Shown: positions 25,647-36,137 of the stretch, piece after piece | How the letters are laid out: every line of letters starts with the position of its first letter | How positions within the stretch are numbered: the stretch's first letter is position 1 | Source: a virus | Taxonomy: Duplodnaviria; Caudoviricetes | Virus record (IMG/VR): IMGVR_UViG_3300047311_000444 | Location: 1-57,458 of that record | Reading direction: 5' to 3' (one strand) | DNA length: 57,458 nt | Position numbers and translations under genes: made by a program | Notes under the pieces: model-generated | What the model was told of the DNA's origin: nothing | The model's database searches: none | What the model saw: the letters and a program-made list of their open reading frames with translations, nothing else

Positions 25647-28600
25647 ATGCCCGCAACAAATTTCGATGATCTGGAGGTGCTCCCTCCGGAGTCTGACGTA
25701 GGACCGATTCAAGTCGGCTCTCTGTTGCAGAAGCCTTTTGTCCCGCCCCCGTTCACGCCGCAGGAGATCAACATCGTCGGAGGTCAAAAGCCCCCACTCA
25801 CTGGCGGCGCTCTTCTCAACAAAGGAATTGCGGCGCTTCCCCCGGACTTGCAGGACGTGCTGACGAAGCAACTCCCGCAGGTGAGCAAAGCGATTGGAAG
25901 CTCCACTGAAGCCGTTGGGAATCTCGCTGTCGGCGCGCTGTCGGACCTGGGGCAAAACATCGTTTCACCCGAAGAGGGTTATCACACGGAGAATGTCCAG
26001 ACGGCGCTCAACAACCCGATCATTCCCATGCCAGCGCGACAGGGAGAGGAGCGGCTCGTCGTCACTCCCGGCAAAGGCGTTGAGAGCGTTCGCAAACAAA
26101 TCCCAGCGCAAGACATCGAGGAGCTTCCGACGTACGCGGACGTTCGCGCGGCACCTGGAATGAAGATTCCATTGATTGACACGCCGGTTGCATCCGTCGC
26201 CCAAGGCATCGTCAAGAGCCTTCCGCAACTTGCCCTCACCGCAGCCGGTGGAGAAGTGATCGGAACTCCTGCCGCCGCTGCCGCCGTTTTTGGATCAACA
26301 CCGCAGGGCTTCGACCCCAAAGCCGCCGCGATCGCCGCTGCGCTGCCGTTCGCTGGCAAGTACAGCGGAGAGATTGCTGGAGCGATCGCCAAGCAGTTCG
26401 GTGTTGAAAGCTCGACGGCGCTCAACTGGATCAAGGGTGCGGCTGGAACCGCAGGACCGGCTGCGGGTCTTATCGCCGAACAGGAGACGGAGATCAGCAA
26501 GCTCCCGAAAGACCAGCAGCATGAAGCCCGCATAAATATGTGGGCGAACATTGCCGGACAACTCGCGCTCGGCCCCATGGGGGTTGAGTTCGAGCGTGGC
26601 GGCGCGCCGCGAGCAGAGGCAGGTCCGGAAAAGATTTCCGTCGAAGGCCGACAACTTAAACCCCGCGCTCCGGAACTTCCGGAGATCAAACCAGGAGAAT
26701 TCTATGCCCTTCACCAAGAAACAGCACAACCTTTTCGAAGCCTGCGCGAAAGGATCGGGCAAGATGTCGGTCAAGTGCCCACCGAAGAAGGTGGCGGCGC
26801 GGCTGGCGTCAGAGGGAGTGAAGAAAAGCCCAGTCCGGAGTCAGGGGCACGCGCTGGCGAAGTACGCGCAACACCTGTCGAACAGGTAACAGCATTCACC
26901 AAGGCCCTTGATGTCACTGGGCAGCGTCCGCCCAGCACAGAGGAGTCCCATGCCGCAGGAATGCAATCCAAGACGGTCGCTGATCTCGACCATTTGATTG
27001 AGGCACAGCGGCAATTGAGGGATAAGAAAACTGCGGCGAGCGATCGGGCGAAATCGGCAACCAGCCCCGAAGCGAAAATGGCGGCATTGAACGAGGGCAT
27101 GGGCGCGGCGACTAAAGGACAACTTCCACGTGAAGCGATCGAAGCGGCGACAAATACTGGAAGCGCTAAAGAGGGTGAAGGCACTCGCAACAATCTCGGA
27201 GAACGTCCGCTTGATTGGCGCAACAACCCAGAAGCAAAGGACTGGCTTCTCAAAAACGGAGCGGAACTCTGGGGCGAGAAAAGCGAGCAGTGGAAAAACT
27301 TTCAGGCAGAGGCGGCAGCGCACACTCCTGAATCGAAAGGGGGTGTTGTCAGTGAAGAAACGCAAAGGCTCCAAAAAGAAAAAGGGGTACTGAGTCCCGA
27401 AGTTCAAAATGTGATGGAGTCTGAGGCTGCGAAGGACGCTCCCCGAAACCCGAACAACTTGGAAGTCGTCCAGCGCGGCCTCGGACCAAATGCTCATTGG
27501 GCAGTGATCGACCATGGGAAGGGCGACGTTGTCGCCACTTTTGGAAGCAAGTCATTGGCCGAACAGCAATTGGCCGACATGAAGGGCCAGAAGACTATTG
27601 ATGTTGAATCCAAGGCAATGGGTGCTGGCCCCGGCGCTCAAACGATCGGTGAGGAAGGCAAGCCCGAACTCGCCCAACTCACCGACGCTCTCCAAACCAT
27701 GGCAGAGCAGGGCAAGGGAAAACCTCAACTCAAGCGCGCGTACAGTCTCGGAGAGCAGTTCCAGCAGTTGAAAGCCCCCGTGCTGAAGGGCATCACCGGA
27801 CTGAAGACCGCAGCGCAATCCGCAAAGCTCAGCCTGACTCGCCCCACGGCATGGACTGGATTCAAAGCCGCATTGGGCGAGCGTCAACTTGCGCTCAGCG
27901 AATCGACGCTGAACCTGAGAGACTTCGTCGACAAGGCAATGCGTGGAGTGCCCAACGCGCTCGATCGCGAAGCGATTTCCAATTACGTGGACAACGGCGG
28001 AGACCGGCAGAAGCTTCTCACTGCGATCGCGGAGACCGATCCCAAATACGAAGCGGGCTATCAGCGGGCGCTGAACCTCCCGCCCGAACTCCGAAACGTC
28101 GCGGAAAACATCCGGAACTATTTCGAGTCTCGGTTGCAAGACGCGATCGACGCGGGAATCCTTGAGGACGGCGTCGAGGATTACATTCACAGATTTTATG
28201 AGAAGGATTCTCCTTGGAAGTCCGGTGTCATCTCCGAGATTCGGAGTGGAGTGTTCACCGGCAAGCCTGCATTGGCAAAGCAGCGAATTTTTCAGTACGA
28301 CTACGAAGCGGAAAAAGCGGGCTACAAGGTCAACAAGGATTTCTCTCAGCGCGTTGCCGCCTACGATTACTCGCTCAACAAAGCGATCGCTGATCGAAAG
28401 TTCGTCAAAGATTTAATGCAGTGGAAAATGAGCGACGGTCGACCCGCGATCGACGTGGGAGGCCGCGCTGACAAGGTTGGCGGAGTGGGAACTGACGCAG
28501 CGTTCCTGATCAAGCCACAGTACCGCCCCCGCCTGGAGGCCAAGCCGGGGATGACGCCCGCAGAGCTTGAGCAGGTGAGATTGAACGACCGAAGCGAATA

Positions 28601-30215
28601 CGTGCCTTACGATCACCCCGCGCTTCGAAAATGGAAATGGATGACGGTTGACGCTGAGGGCTCTCCGATCATGGTCCAAGGCGACGTGCTTGTTCATAAG
28701 GATGCAATGCGGGACCCAAGGAATCCGCTCAATCAACCGATCCCGGCAGTGTTCGGAAAATCCGCCGTCCGCAATTTCAAACCATGGGGAGTTCCTGTTG
28801 GTCGCGCCGCGCTGCTGGGCAGCAGCACCGTTAAGCAAACGATGCTGGACCTTTCTGGATTCCATCCGGTTCAGATCACAATCCACGGGCTGGAACATCG
28901 AGCCAATGTCCCGCTTACTCGCTGGTCCGCCAACATCACGGGAAGGTCGTTCAAAGCGATTGATCTCAACGACCCGGTTCAACGATCGCTCGTCTCTCAC
29001 GGGCTCAACGTCGTGGATCACAGCGGCCTTGAAGCCTTCTCGGAGGGCGTCTCCGGTGGAGGCTCCTCGCTGTTTCGAAAAGTGCCGTGGTTGGGAGACA
29101 AACTCCAGACGTATCAGCATTGGCTTTTCCAGGATTACATTCCTCGCCTGAAGATGGAAATGGCGACTCATGCTCTGGAGAGAAACCGGGCTGTGTATGC
29201 CAAAGACCTCGCCTCCGGGAAACTCACAGAGGACCAGTTGCTCCATATCACCGCGAATCAGGCCAATGCCGCGTTCGGTGAGTTGAATTACGAAATGATG
29301 GGACGCAACAAGACCTTTCAGGATGGTTTGCGGCTGGCCTTCCTCGCCCCGGACTTTCTCGAAGCTCGCGGACGTTTCGTCGGCCAAGCATTGAAGGGTT
29401 ACGGTCGCGAGCAACTCACGGCGCTCACGCTGGGCGCGGCCACGCTGTACATCACCGCAAGGATGATGAATAAAATGATCAGCGGCGAATATCACTTCGA
29501 GCCCGAACACGCTTTCGATGTCATGCACAACGGTCGCGCTTATTCGATTCGAACTGTCCAGGGCGACTTGCTTCACTTGGCGTTCAATCCCCGAAGCTTC
29601 GCCTACACCCGATTGAATCCCGTCACGACGAGAACGCTGTTCGAAATCGGCACTGGGCGAGACCAATTCGGAAGACCCCGCTCCGCGCTTGATCAAGTCA
29701 AAGACTTTGCCTCAACGATTGTCCCGATCTCCATTCGTGGAGCGCTCAAGCAGCCTGAGCAAAAATGGTGGGAGGGATTCATCAACAGTCTCGGGGTGAC
29801 GGAGCGCCGCGCAACGGCATCGGACAGCGTTTACAAGCTCGCCGACGATTTCAAAAAGAAGCACGGCATTCAAGAGCCGGGTGAGTTCATTTACGATCCC
29901 GAGAAGGACCCGTATCGCGGAACCAAACTGGCCTTGATGTTCGACACTCCGCAGAGCGCAGCCCAGGAAATGAAGCTCGCCGTGGACAAGGGCGCAACCG
30001 ACTGGAAGCACATTGGAGCTTACTTCAACGAGTTCGGCAAAAAGCCCTTCACTGGCAGCAAGGCACGCGAGAAGGATTTCTGGAACACGCTGAGCCCCGA
30101 TCAGCAGAAAATCTACAAGGACGCAGTCAACGAGCGTCTTAAAATGCGGAAGAATGCCGCCGAAGCGTTCAAGATTCTTCGAGCGGAGCGGGATCAGCAG
30201 CAACAAACTCCTTGA
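25647..30215 (+). CDS. Large internal virion/ejection protein
   Basis: ~1520 aa, A/G-rich helical, C-terminal AN.AFGELNY..G...LAPDFLEAR...GRDQFGRP pattern of large polyvalent virion proteins. Confidence 0.7.
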   Translation: MPATNFDDLEVLPPESDVGPIQVGSLLQKPFVPPPFTPQEINIVGGQKPPLTGGALLNKGIAALPPDLQDVLTKQLPQVSKAIGSSTEAVGNLAVGALSDLGQNIVSPEEGYHTENVQTALNNPIIPMPARQGEERLVVTPGKGVESVRKQIPAQDIEELPTYADVRAAPGMKIPLIDTPVASVAQGIVKSLPQLALTAAGGEVIGTPAAAAAVFGSTPQGFDPKAAAIAAALPFAGKYSGEIAGAIAKQFGVESSTALNWIKGAAGTAGPAAGLIAEQETEISKLPKDQQHEARINMWANIAGQLALGPMGVEFERGGAPRAEAGPEKISVEGRQLKPRAPELPEIKPGEFYALHQETAQPFRSLRERIGQDVGQVPTEEGGGAAGVRGSEEKPSPESGARAGEVRATPVEQVTAFTKALDVTGQRPPSTEESHAAGMQSKTVADLDHLIEAQRQLRDKKTAASDRAKSATSPEAKMAALNEGMGAATKGQLPREAIEAATNTGSAKEGEGTRNNLGERPLDWRNNPEAKDWLLKNGAELWGEKSEQWKNFQAEAAAHTPESKGGVVSEETQRLQKEKGVLSPEVQNVMESEAAKDAPRNPNNLEVVQRGLGPNAHWAVIDHGKGDVVATFGSKSLAEQQLADMKGQKTIDVESKAMGAGPGAQTIGEEGKPELAQLTDALQTMAEQGKGKPQLKRAYSLGEQFQQLKAPVLKGITGLKTAAQSAKLSLTRPTAWTGFKAALGERQLALSESTLNLRDFVDKAMRGVPNALDREAISNYVDNGGDRQKLLTAIAETDPKYEAGYQRALNLPPELRNVAENIRNYFESRLQDAIDAGILEDGVEDYIHRFYEKDSPWKSGVISEIRSGVFTGKPALAKQRIFQYDYEAEKAGYKVNKDFSQRVAAYDYSLNKAIADRKFVKDLMQWKMSDGRPAIDVGGRADKVGGVGTDAAFLIKPQYRPRLEAKPGMTPAELEQVRLNDRSEYVPYDHPALRKWKWMTVDAEGSPIMVQGDVLVHKDAMRDPRNPLNQPIPAVFGKSAVRNFKPWGVPVGRAALLGSSTVKQTMLDLSGFHPVQITIHGLEHRANVPLTRWSANITGRSFKAIDLNDPVQRSLVSHGLNVVDHSGLEAFSEGVSGGGSSLFRKVPWLGDKLQTYQHWLFQDYIPRLKMEMATHALERNRAVYAKDLASGKLTEDQLLHITANQANAAFGELNYEMMGRNKTFQDGLRLAFLAPDFLEARGRFVGQALKGYGREQLTALTLGAATLYITARMMNKMISGEYHFEPEHAFDVMHNGRAYSIRTVQGDLLHLAFNPRSFAYTRLNPVTTRTLFEIGTGRDQFGRPRSALDQVKDFASTIVPISIRGALKQPEQKWWEGFINSLGVTERRATASDSVYKLADDFKKKHGIQEPGEFIYDPEKDPYRGTKLALMFDTPQSAAQEMKLAVDKGATDWKHIGAYFNEFGKKPFTGSKAREKDFWNTLSPDQQKIYKDAVNERLKMRKNAAEAFKILRAERDQQQQTP
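26704..26889 (+). CDS. Overprinted small basic protein MPFTKKQHNLFEA... (61 aa) nested in +1 frame
   Basis: GGAG 6 nt before ATG; resembles phage MPFKSKAQ-type small proteins. Confidence 0.55.
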   Translation: MPFTKKQHNLFEACAKGSGKMSVKCPPKKVAARLASEGVKKSPVRSQGHALAKYAQHLSNR

Positions 30216-30240
30216 CGGCAAGCGGCTTGTTTGTGATAAC
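30212..30240 (+). promoter_or_regulatory. Promoter-like element with CAAGC-G-GCTTG operator
   Basis: TTGACG-17-GATAAC; palindrome at 30219-30229. Confidence 0.5.
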
Positions 30241-30266
30241 ACAAGCCATGCGAACCCGCGCGCACT

Positions 30267-30557
30267 ATGATTGAGCCCAAGCAGCAATTTCTCTCTCAGT
30301 TACCGGCAGAGTCAAATTTCAGAAACGTGATCATATCCGACGTGTTTCAGAGGGCTCTGATACTGTCGTTCACTCAACTCGCCATTGAGACGATTTCTCC
30401 GGAACAACTGAAGGGGGCAAAGCGATTCGTGGAAATCCTCACCGACATCGGAACCCCGTCCGCCCCACCAAAAGACTTTCCGGACAAAAAGCTTGATCAC
30501 TCGGTATTTCATTCACCGCAAGAGCAGCCGAAAAAGACAAAGAAGAAAGCAACATAA
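30267..30557 (+). CDS. Hypothetical protein preceding scaffold
   Basis: QLKGAKRFVEIL helix; TAATG coupling to scaffold. Confidence 0.7.
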   Translation: MIEPKQQFLSQLPAESNFRNVIISDVFQRALILSFTQLAIETISPEQLKGAKRFVEILTDIGTPSAPPKDFPDKKLDHSVFHSPQEQPKKTKKKAT

Positions 30558-31855
30558 TGGCAGAAGTAGCATCACCCCCAGCCGCTCCAGCGGCAGCCCC
30601 TCCGACTCCCCCGCCGTCGTCTCCCCCGAGTGCGCCGCCAGCGGCTCCCGCTGCCGCGCCGTCCGGAGAGGGCGAAGGTCCTGGATCATTTGACAAGTTC
30701 GACACTGCCTTTGAAGACCTCGGGCAAGACACTCCCCCGCCGTCAGGGACTCCCGCCCCGGTACGCACTCCGAAGGCACCGGCGAAGCCTGCCGCCACAC
30801 CCGCGCCAGCCAAGCCAGCCGGGACGACTCCTCCGGGAGAATTCGAAGAGGTTGAGGGAATCCAGGTCCCCCGTTTTAAAAAGGACAGCGAGTTTCGGGG
30901 TTGGGGTCTCGCGGGCTATAAAAAGGCCAAGCAGTTGGAGACCGATCTCAACACTCTCCGAGCACAGCACCAGCAGATGGAGCAGGAGCACCCGAAGACC
31001 AAACAGGAGCGTGATGCCCTCGCCGCGCGCTTGGCTGACATCGAAAAGAATTTCAACGAAACGTCCGAACAGATCAAGTACCTCAATTACGAGCGCTCCA
31101 GCGAATACAAGGACAAGTACGAAACGCCCTACCGCAAAGCAGCGTCCGCTGCGTACGAAGCCGTAAAGCAGTTAACAGTGACGGAACCCGACCCGACGCA
31201 GCCGCCGAATCAGGACGGAAGTCATCCAACTCGGGAGCGTCCTGCCACGGAAGCAGACTTCGACGAAATTTATCAACTTCCCCTTGGTCCCGCCGCGAAG
31301 CTCGCGAGCAAAAAGTTCGGCCCCGAACTCGTCGGCACGATGATGCAACACTGGCACAACATCCGGACGCTGGCCAAAGACGCAACCAACGCGCTGAAGG
31401 ACTGGAAAGAAAAGGCGTCACAGCGCGAGAAGGCGGAGTCGGACCAGAAGACCATACAAGAGGGCCAGATTCAGGAAGCGTGGACGACAGTGAACAAGCG
31501 CATGTCGGAAGACCCTCGCGGCGCGGACCTGTGGGCAGAGGTGAAGGACGACAAGGAAATCAACGAAGCGATCGGGCAGGGATTTGCTCTCGCCGACCGT
31601 CGTTTCTCCAACGACTACGCAAAAATGTCACAAATGGAGAAGATCGTTCTCGATGCTTCAATCCGTCACCGGGTCGCGGCCTTTTATCGTTTACGGGTCG
31701 AAAACCAGCGGCTCAAAGCAGAGCATGCCCAGGCTCTCAAGGACCTTGCCGAACTTCGAGGTAGTGGCCCCGGAGAGCCTGGGACTCCCGGAGGCGGAGA
31801 GCAACCCGCTGGAGAGTCCAAGGGCGCAATGGCTGAGTTCGATGAGAAAATGTGA
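30557..31855 (+). CDS. Capsid scaffolding protein (putative)
   Basis: P/A-rich N-terminus, long charged coiled coils, short C-terminal helix AMAEFDEKM. Confidence 0.65.
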   Translation: MAEVASPPAAPAAAPPTPPPSSPPSAPPAAPAAAPSGEGEGPGSFDKFDTAFEDLGQDTPPPSGTPAPVRTPKAPAKPAATPAPAKPAGTTPPGEFEEVEGIQVPRFKKDSEFRGWGLAGYKKAKQLETDLNTLRAQHQQMEQEHPKTKQERDALAARLADIEKNFNETSEQIKYLNYERSSEYKDKYETPYRKAASAAYEAVKQLTVTEPDPTQPPNQDGSHPTRERPATEADFDEIYQLPLGPAAKLASKKFGPELVGTMMQHWHNIRTLAKDATNALKDWKEKASQREKAESDQKTIQEGQIQEAWTTVNKRMSEDPRGADLWAEVKDDKEINEAIGQGFALADRRFSNDYAKMSQMEKIVLDASIRHRVAAFYRLRVENQRLKAEHAQALKDLAELRGSGPGEPGTPGGGEQPAGESKGAMAEFDEKM

Positions 31856-33315
31856 GGAACTGCTGGATCACACTCGGCGCGTACGGTGACTGCTGCAACA
31901 CGCTGCCGCTGGTCCTCCACGATTTCCACCTTGGCAATCGTCCCACGATGATGATCGCTCGGGAGTTTGCTGGTCTCCTTGACGGCGTCTCCTACTGCGA
32001 GCGGCTTGTCTACGAAGGGGATTACTCCCAATCCGCAAAGGCCGCTGACGAAGCTCAGGCCAGCGGAAAGTTCGACAACATTTACCTGTGCCAGTGCTAC
32101 GGCACGACCGTTGAACGAGCAACCGACTCGTACGCGAAAGAAGCGTGGAGGCTCGTCCAGCGTCTTCACCTGTGGGATCAGTTGCCGCTGGTGTTTGATC
32201 GAAGAGACAGGGAGCGGGAGAAGAGGCAAGTTGAAGAGTTGGAGAACGATCCAAAATATCGCCGCGCAAACCCCATAGTGCTGGTTTCTCGCTCCGGGAG
32301 GTCCTCCCCATTTCACGATTGGTCTATGCTGATCCTGGCCCTTGGCTCCTTGGTGGAGGACTTCAATATCGTGGACGTGTCCGACATGCGACTCCACAGG
32401 TTTTACGACATGCTTGGATTGATGGAGAAAGCCGTTGTTCTGGTCTCCACTGACAGCGGATTACTTCACCTTGCTCAAGCGATTCCTTCGCTTCCAGTCA
32501 TTGCCCTCACGACACACTCTCCCGATTCATGGCATGGGTCTCCACGTCGGGGCAGTCATGTGTTCAATTGCCGGTACAACGAATTTAGAGAGCGCCAGAA
32601 TGAGATTCCGAACGTGATCAGAAGAATAATGTCCGGCTCAAAGATCAACCGGATTGTTCACGTCTATTCCGATTTCGATCACCGCGCTGAGGATGCAGAG
32701 TTCCGGTTCAACGTGGCGCGCCTGTCGTGGAAGCGGGAGTACGGTCTAACTGATTGGCTCCCGACTCCCGTCCACGACAAGACGCTCAACCGAAACGCAA
32801 CCGTGGTGGGAGAGAAAAAGCCTGCCCCATTCTTGAAGGATATTTTGGAACGCGGCGCGGAGATCGCAGCCCCGGACGACATCATTCTTTTTACCAACGA
32901 CGACACGAACTTTGCGCCGAACTTCTCCGTGGATTTGAAGCAGTGTATGGCAAACCATGATGCCATTTGGGGCTCCAGGATGGAACTGAATTACATCAAG
33001 TCCCCTCCCAGCCGGGAGGAAATGTCCAGAGGCTACAAGCATTGCGGCGCCGACGTGTTTGCCTTTCGCAAATCATGGTGGACAAAGCATCGCGATCGGG
33101 TCCCGGACTTTCTTCTCTCGTTCGAATGCTGGGACCTGTCGTTGAGGACCCTGATAAATATCACTGGCGGCGCGGAGGCTGAAGGGCTATGCGCTCACCA
33201 GATTCATACCTCGCATTGGCACACGGCGGAGCACCGAGAGTGTACCGGAAACCTTTACAATCGCCACTTGTGCCAAAAATTCTTTTCGGATAACCGTATG
33301 GGATGGCCAGCATGA
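31852..33315 (+). CDS. Two-domain glycosyltransferase (GT9 heptosyltransferase-like + GT-A)
   Basis: LGAYGD...LP, VSTDSGLLHLAQA (GT9); ILFTNDD, GADVFAF, WD (GT-A). Confidence 0.8.
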   Translation: MRNCWITLGAYGDCCNTLPLVLHDFHLGNRPTMMIAREFAGLLDGVSYCERLVYEGDYSQSAKAADEAQASGKFDNIYLCQCYGTTVERATDSYAKEAWRLVQRLHLWDQLPLVFDRRDREREKRQVEELENDPKYRRANPIVLVSRSGRSSPFHDWSMLILALGSLVEDFNIVDVSDMRLHRFYDMLGLMEKAVVLVSTDSGLLHLAQAIPSLPVIALTTHSPDSWHGSPRRGSHVFNCRYNEFRERQNEIPNVIRRIMSGSKINRIVHVYSDFDHRAEDAEFRFNVARLSWKREYGLTDWLPTPVHDKTLNRNATVVGEKKPAPFLKDILERGAEIAAPDDIILFTNDDTNFAPNFSVDLKQCMANHDAIWGSRMELNYIKSPPSREEMSRGYKHCGADVFAFRKSWWTKHRDRVPDFLLSFECWDLSLRTLINITGGAEAEGLCAHQIHTSHWHTAEHRECTGNLYNRHLCQKFFSDNRMGWPA

Positions 33316-33599
33316 ATGAAGAAACCATCAAGCAGGCTGACGATTTACACTGTCCAAAGTGCGAAGGTGAAATTGCATACGTCCAGGACATACAAAATCC
33401 GCAGCCAATCACCAAGGGGAACATCATTGTTTGCGGTCACTGCGGTACCATCTGCAAGGTGGGGGACAGCAACCTGATTCAGATGACAAAGGAGGAGTTG
33501 GATTCTCTCGACAAACAGTCCAAGGCGATGTTAGCTCTAGCCGCTGGTGCTGTGATGACTCAGATCGCCAAGCGGCGAGCCGGTATCAGCGAAAACTGA
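33312..33599 (+). CDS. Zn-ribbon protein
   Basis: CPKC...CGHC. Confidence 0.65.
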   Translation: MNEETIKQADDLHCPKCEGEIAYVQDIQNPQPITKGNIIVCGHCGTICKVGDSNLIQMTKEELDSLDKQSKAMLALAAGAVMTQIAKRRAGISEN

Positions 33600-33609
33600 A
33601 AGGCTCCCT

Positions 33610-35430
33610 ATGAAAAAGATCGCAGTGGTTTGCGCCTGCCTGTTGGCGCTGGTCAAAAGCATGGGCCAGCAGTCTCCCTACGGCACTGGCCTGATCCAAC
33701 AACCCAACGCCGCGTCCGCAAGGAATTATCTCGGGATCACAGGTGGAGGACCGGGCACAGTCACCAGTTTTTCGAGCGGCAATCTGTTTCCCCTGTTCAC
33801 GACGTTTGTTGCCACTCCAGGCACTACTCCCGCACAGTCATTCGCTCAGGTGAGTCAAAATCAAAACCTCGTCTTCGCAAGCCCGAATGGTGCGCCGGGA
33901 GTGCCCACCTTCCGCGCGCTAGTCTCCGCCGACATTCCAGCCGCGCCAAGGACTTCATTCACGAATCACTCTGACGTTGTTCCCACGACCCTGAATCCAG
34001 GCGACATTATTGCGTACAACGGAGCGGGAGCGTGGACGAATGGACCACAGGTAACAGCGGGAGGCTCCGGAACCGTAACCAGTTTCAGCGCGGGAACCCT
34101 CTCACCTCTGTTCACGACGAGCGTTGCGAATCCGACAACGACCCCAGCCCTGTCCTTCGCGCAGGTAAGCCAGAACGCCAACCTGTTTTTCGCGAGCCCT
34201 GACGGAGTGTCAGGAAATCCCTCCTTCCGAGCGATCGTTGCGGCAGACGTTCCCAGAACTCCGTTCACGAATCATTCAGACGTAGTGCCGTCAACACTCC
34301 AGCCGGGAGACCTTATGGCTTACAACGGGGCGGGCTCTTGGACAAACGGTCCTCGCGCTTCAGGAGGCGGCTCAGTTACGAGCGTGGCCCTCAGCGCTCC
34401 ACAGGCATTTTCAGTTTCCGGCTCTCCGGTGACAACGAGCGGCACGCTGACGTTTGCTCGCGCGAACGACGATAACTATCTGGGATTTGGTGTCACCAAT
34501 GCGGGCAATGTAATCACGACAAATCTTCAGGCTCAAGTGATCACAAATACCGGAACAGCAAGCGCGCCGTTCGTGTACACCGACTCTGGCGGCAAGCACA
34601 AGACCGGCATCGTTGGTCTCGGTCTGACATTTGATTCAGCGTCGGGAACACTCTCGAACTCAAATCCAAATCAGGTGAGTCTCCCTGGATTGCTTGTTCG
34701 TCCAGTGAGCGCTTTAGTCAACGGCACTCTTCAGGCGCCTACATTTCCCGATGACGACACTTACTACTTCGACGAAGAATTTGACTCAGCGATTGGAACA
34801 ACCGCTGGCCAATTCGGTAAAAACTATTGGAACGTAGTCGCAGCGGGTGGAGGAGGCGGCGCCTCACTGGGAACTAGCAACGAGCCTCCGCATTACGGAG
34901 TGGCTGTAATTTCCAGCCCGACAGGAGCAACCTCAAGCGCGAGCTTCGCGCAAACAGCGTCTTCGCTTTTACTCCCCTACCCGCAACTCGGGTTGAACCC
35001 CAACTGGCTTTTCCACGCTGTCTTTCGTATTGCAACCACGAATCAAGGCTCGATCTATCGCATCGGATTATCTGATACGAGTTTCTCCGCCTTCACGTCC
35101 TCGATCTCTCCCAGTAATTGCGTGATGCTGCGATGGGACAAGAATAAGAACGACCCGAACAATTTTGTTTTCGAAGCATGCAGCAACTCTATCCGGAGCA
35201 CCGCAAACAGCACTGTCAGGCCGAATACGAACAACTGGGTCAAGCTCACGATGATGTCTACGAATGCCGGGACAGTGCTCTGCTCAGTCAATGGAGAAAG
35301 TTGGGTCACTCTGACAACTATCCCGGTCGCTTCAATGTGCATCGTGGCAACTACGGCAGTCACCAACGCGGTGCAAGAGTTTCTTTGGCTCGACCGACTG
35401 TCCTTCATGGCATCCTCGACGGGAAGATGA
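33610..35430 (+). CDS. Fibre-like repeat protein with N-terminal signal peptide-like segment
   Basis: MKKIAVVCACLLALVKSMG; GTVTS and ASPNG..G.PTFRAL..ADIP fibre motifs; lectin-like beta C-terminus. Confidence 0.65.
   Translation: MKKIAVVCACLLALVKSMGQQSPYGTGLIQQPNAASARNYLGITGGGPGTVTSFSSGNLFPLFTTFVATPGTTPAQSFAQVSQNQNLVFASPNGAPGVPTFRALVSADIPAAPRTSFTNHSDVVPTTLNPGDIIAYNGAGAWTNGPQVTAGGSGTVTSFSAGTLSPLFTTSVANPTTTPALSFAQVSQNANLFFASPDGVSGNPSFRAIVAADVPRTPFTNHSDVVPSTLQPGDLMAYNGAGSWTNGPRASGGGSVTSVALSAPQAFSVSGSPVTTSGTLTFARANDDNYLGFGVTNAGNVITTNLQAQVITNTGTASAPFVYTDSGGKHKTGIVGLGLTFDSASGTLSNSNPNQVSLPGLLVRPVSALVNGTLQAPTFPDDDTYYFDEEFDSAIGTTAGQFGKNYWNVVAAGGGGGASLGTSNEPPHYGVAVISSPTGATSSASFAQTASSLLLPYPQLGLNPNWLFHAVFRIATTNQGSIYRIGLSDTSFSAFTSSISPSNCVMLRWDKNKNDPNNFVFEACSNSIRSTANSTVRPNTNNWVKLTMMSTNAGTVLCSVNGESWVTLTTIPVASMCIVATTAVTNAVQEFLWLDRLSFMASSTGR
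33754..34353 (+). repeat. Two ~100-aa tandem repeats in fibre gene (33754-34047, 34069-34353)
   Basis: GTVTSFS.G.L.PLFTT...FTNHSDVVP.TL.PGD..AYNGAG.WTNGP twice. Confidence 0.9.
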
Positions 35431-36137
35431 AATACATCACTGGGACCGGGTATTTCGCGAAGCCCAATTCCGGAGCGGAGTGGTTTTACAGGCTGTGGTG
35501 GGACAACATTCACAAGTACTCCAAACCGGAACGGGTCTTCATTGTCGGCATGGGCGGTTGTTCAATCCCGGCTGCTCCTGGGAGTTGGGTTGAGATCGAC
35601 GGGGACCTTGGGCACGTCCACGACATCCTGAATCGTATCAAGCCGTACCCGTATTGCGCGTGTGGGGTTGCCCTCTGCATTCTCGCCCTGATCGCCTACT
35701 CCAACGAATGCGATTTTGTTTACCACGAACAGGACGCTCTCGCGTTTGGTCCCTACGTTGAGAAAATGTATGAGGAGATCGGTGACGGGCAGTTGATCAT
35801 GGGGAAGCAGCGAGGCCAGCCTGTGGCAAACAGCATCATGCTTGTTAAGCATTCATTCCTGCTTGAGTTCGTTACGTCTTGGCTTACGAGTGAACCGGAG
35901 ACCAGTCCGGACAACATCGGGGAGCACAAGTTTGGGAGGTGGGCAGAGCGAAACAACAAGCTCCGGTTTTACTCGTTCGGTTACGATCGGGACCGTCCCT
36001 TCAACGCAGACGATCCTGTATGGCATGCCCAGAAGTTCAACAAGGAGGAATTGGAGCTATTAAAAAGCAAGGGGCTTGTTGACTTCGACTCGATTCCTGA
36101 TAGCATTTCCAGGTTTTCGAACTGCCCCGAATTATGA
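35427..36137 (+). CDS. Glycosyltransferase-like protein (GT-A)
   Basis: DFVYHEQDALAFG (ExD); ATGA coupling. Confidence 0.55.
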   Translation: MKYITGTGYFAKPNSGAEWFYRLWWDNIHKYSKPERVFIVGMGGCSIPAAPGSWVEIDGDLGHVHDILNRIKPYPYCACGVALCILALIAYSNECDFVYHEQDALAFGPYVEKMYEEIGDGQLIMGKQRGQPVANSIMLVKHSFLLEFVTSWLTSEPETSPDNIGEHKFGRWAERNNKLRFYSFGYDRDRPFNADDPVWHAQKFNKEELELLKSKGLVDFDSIPDSISRFSNCPEL

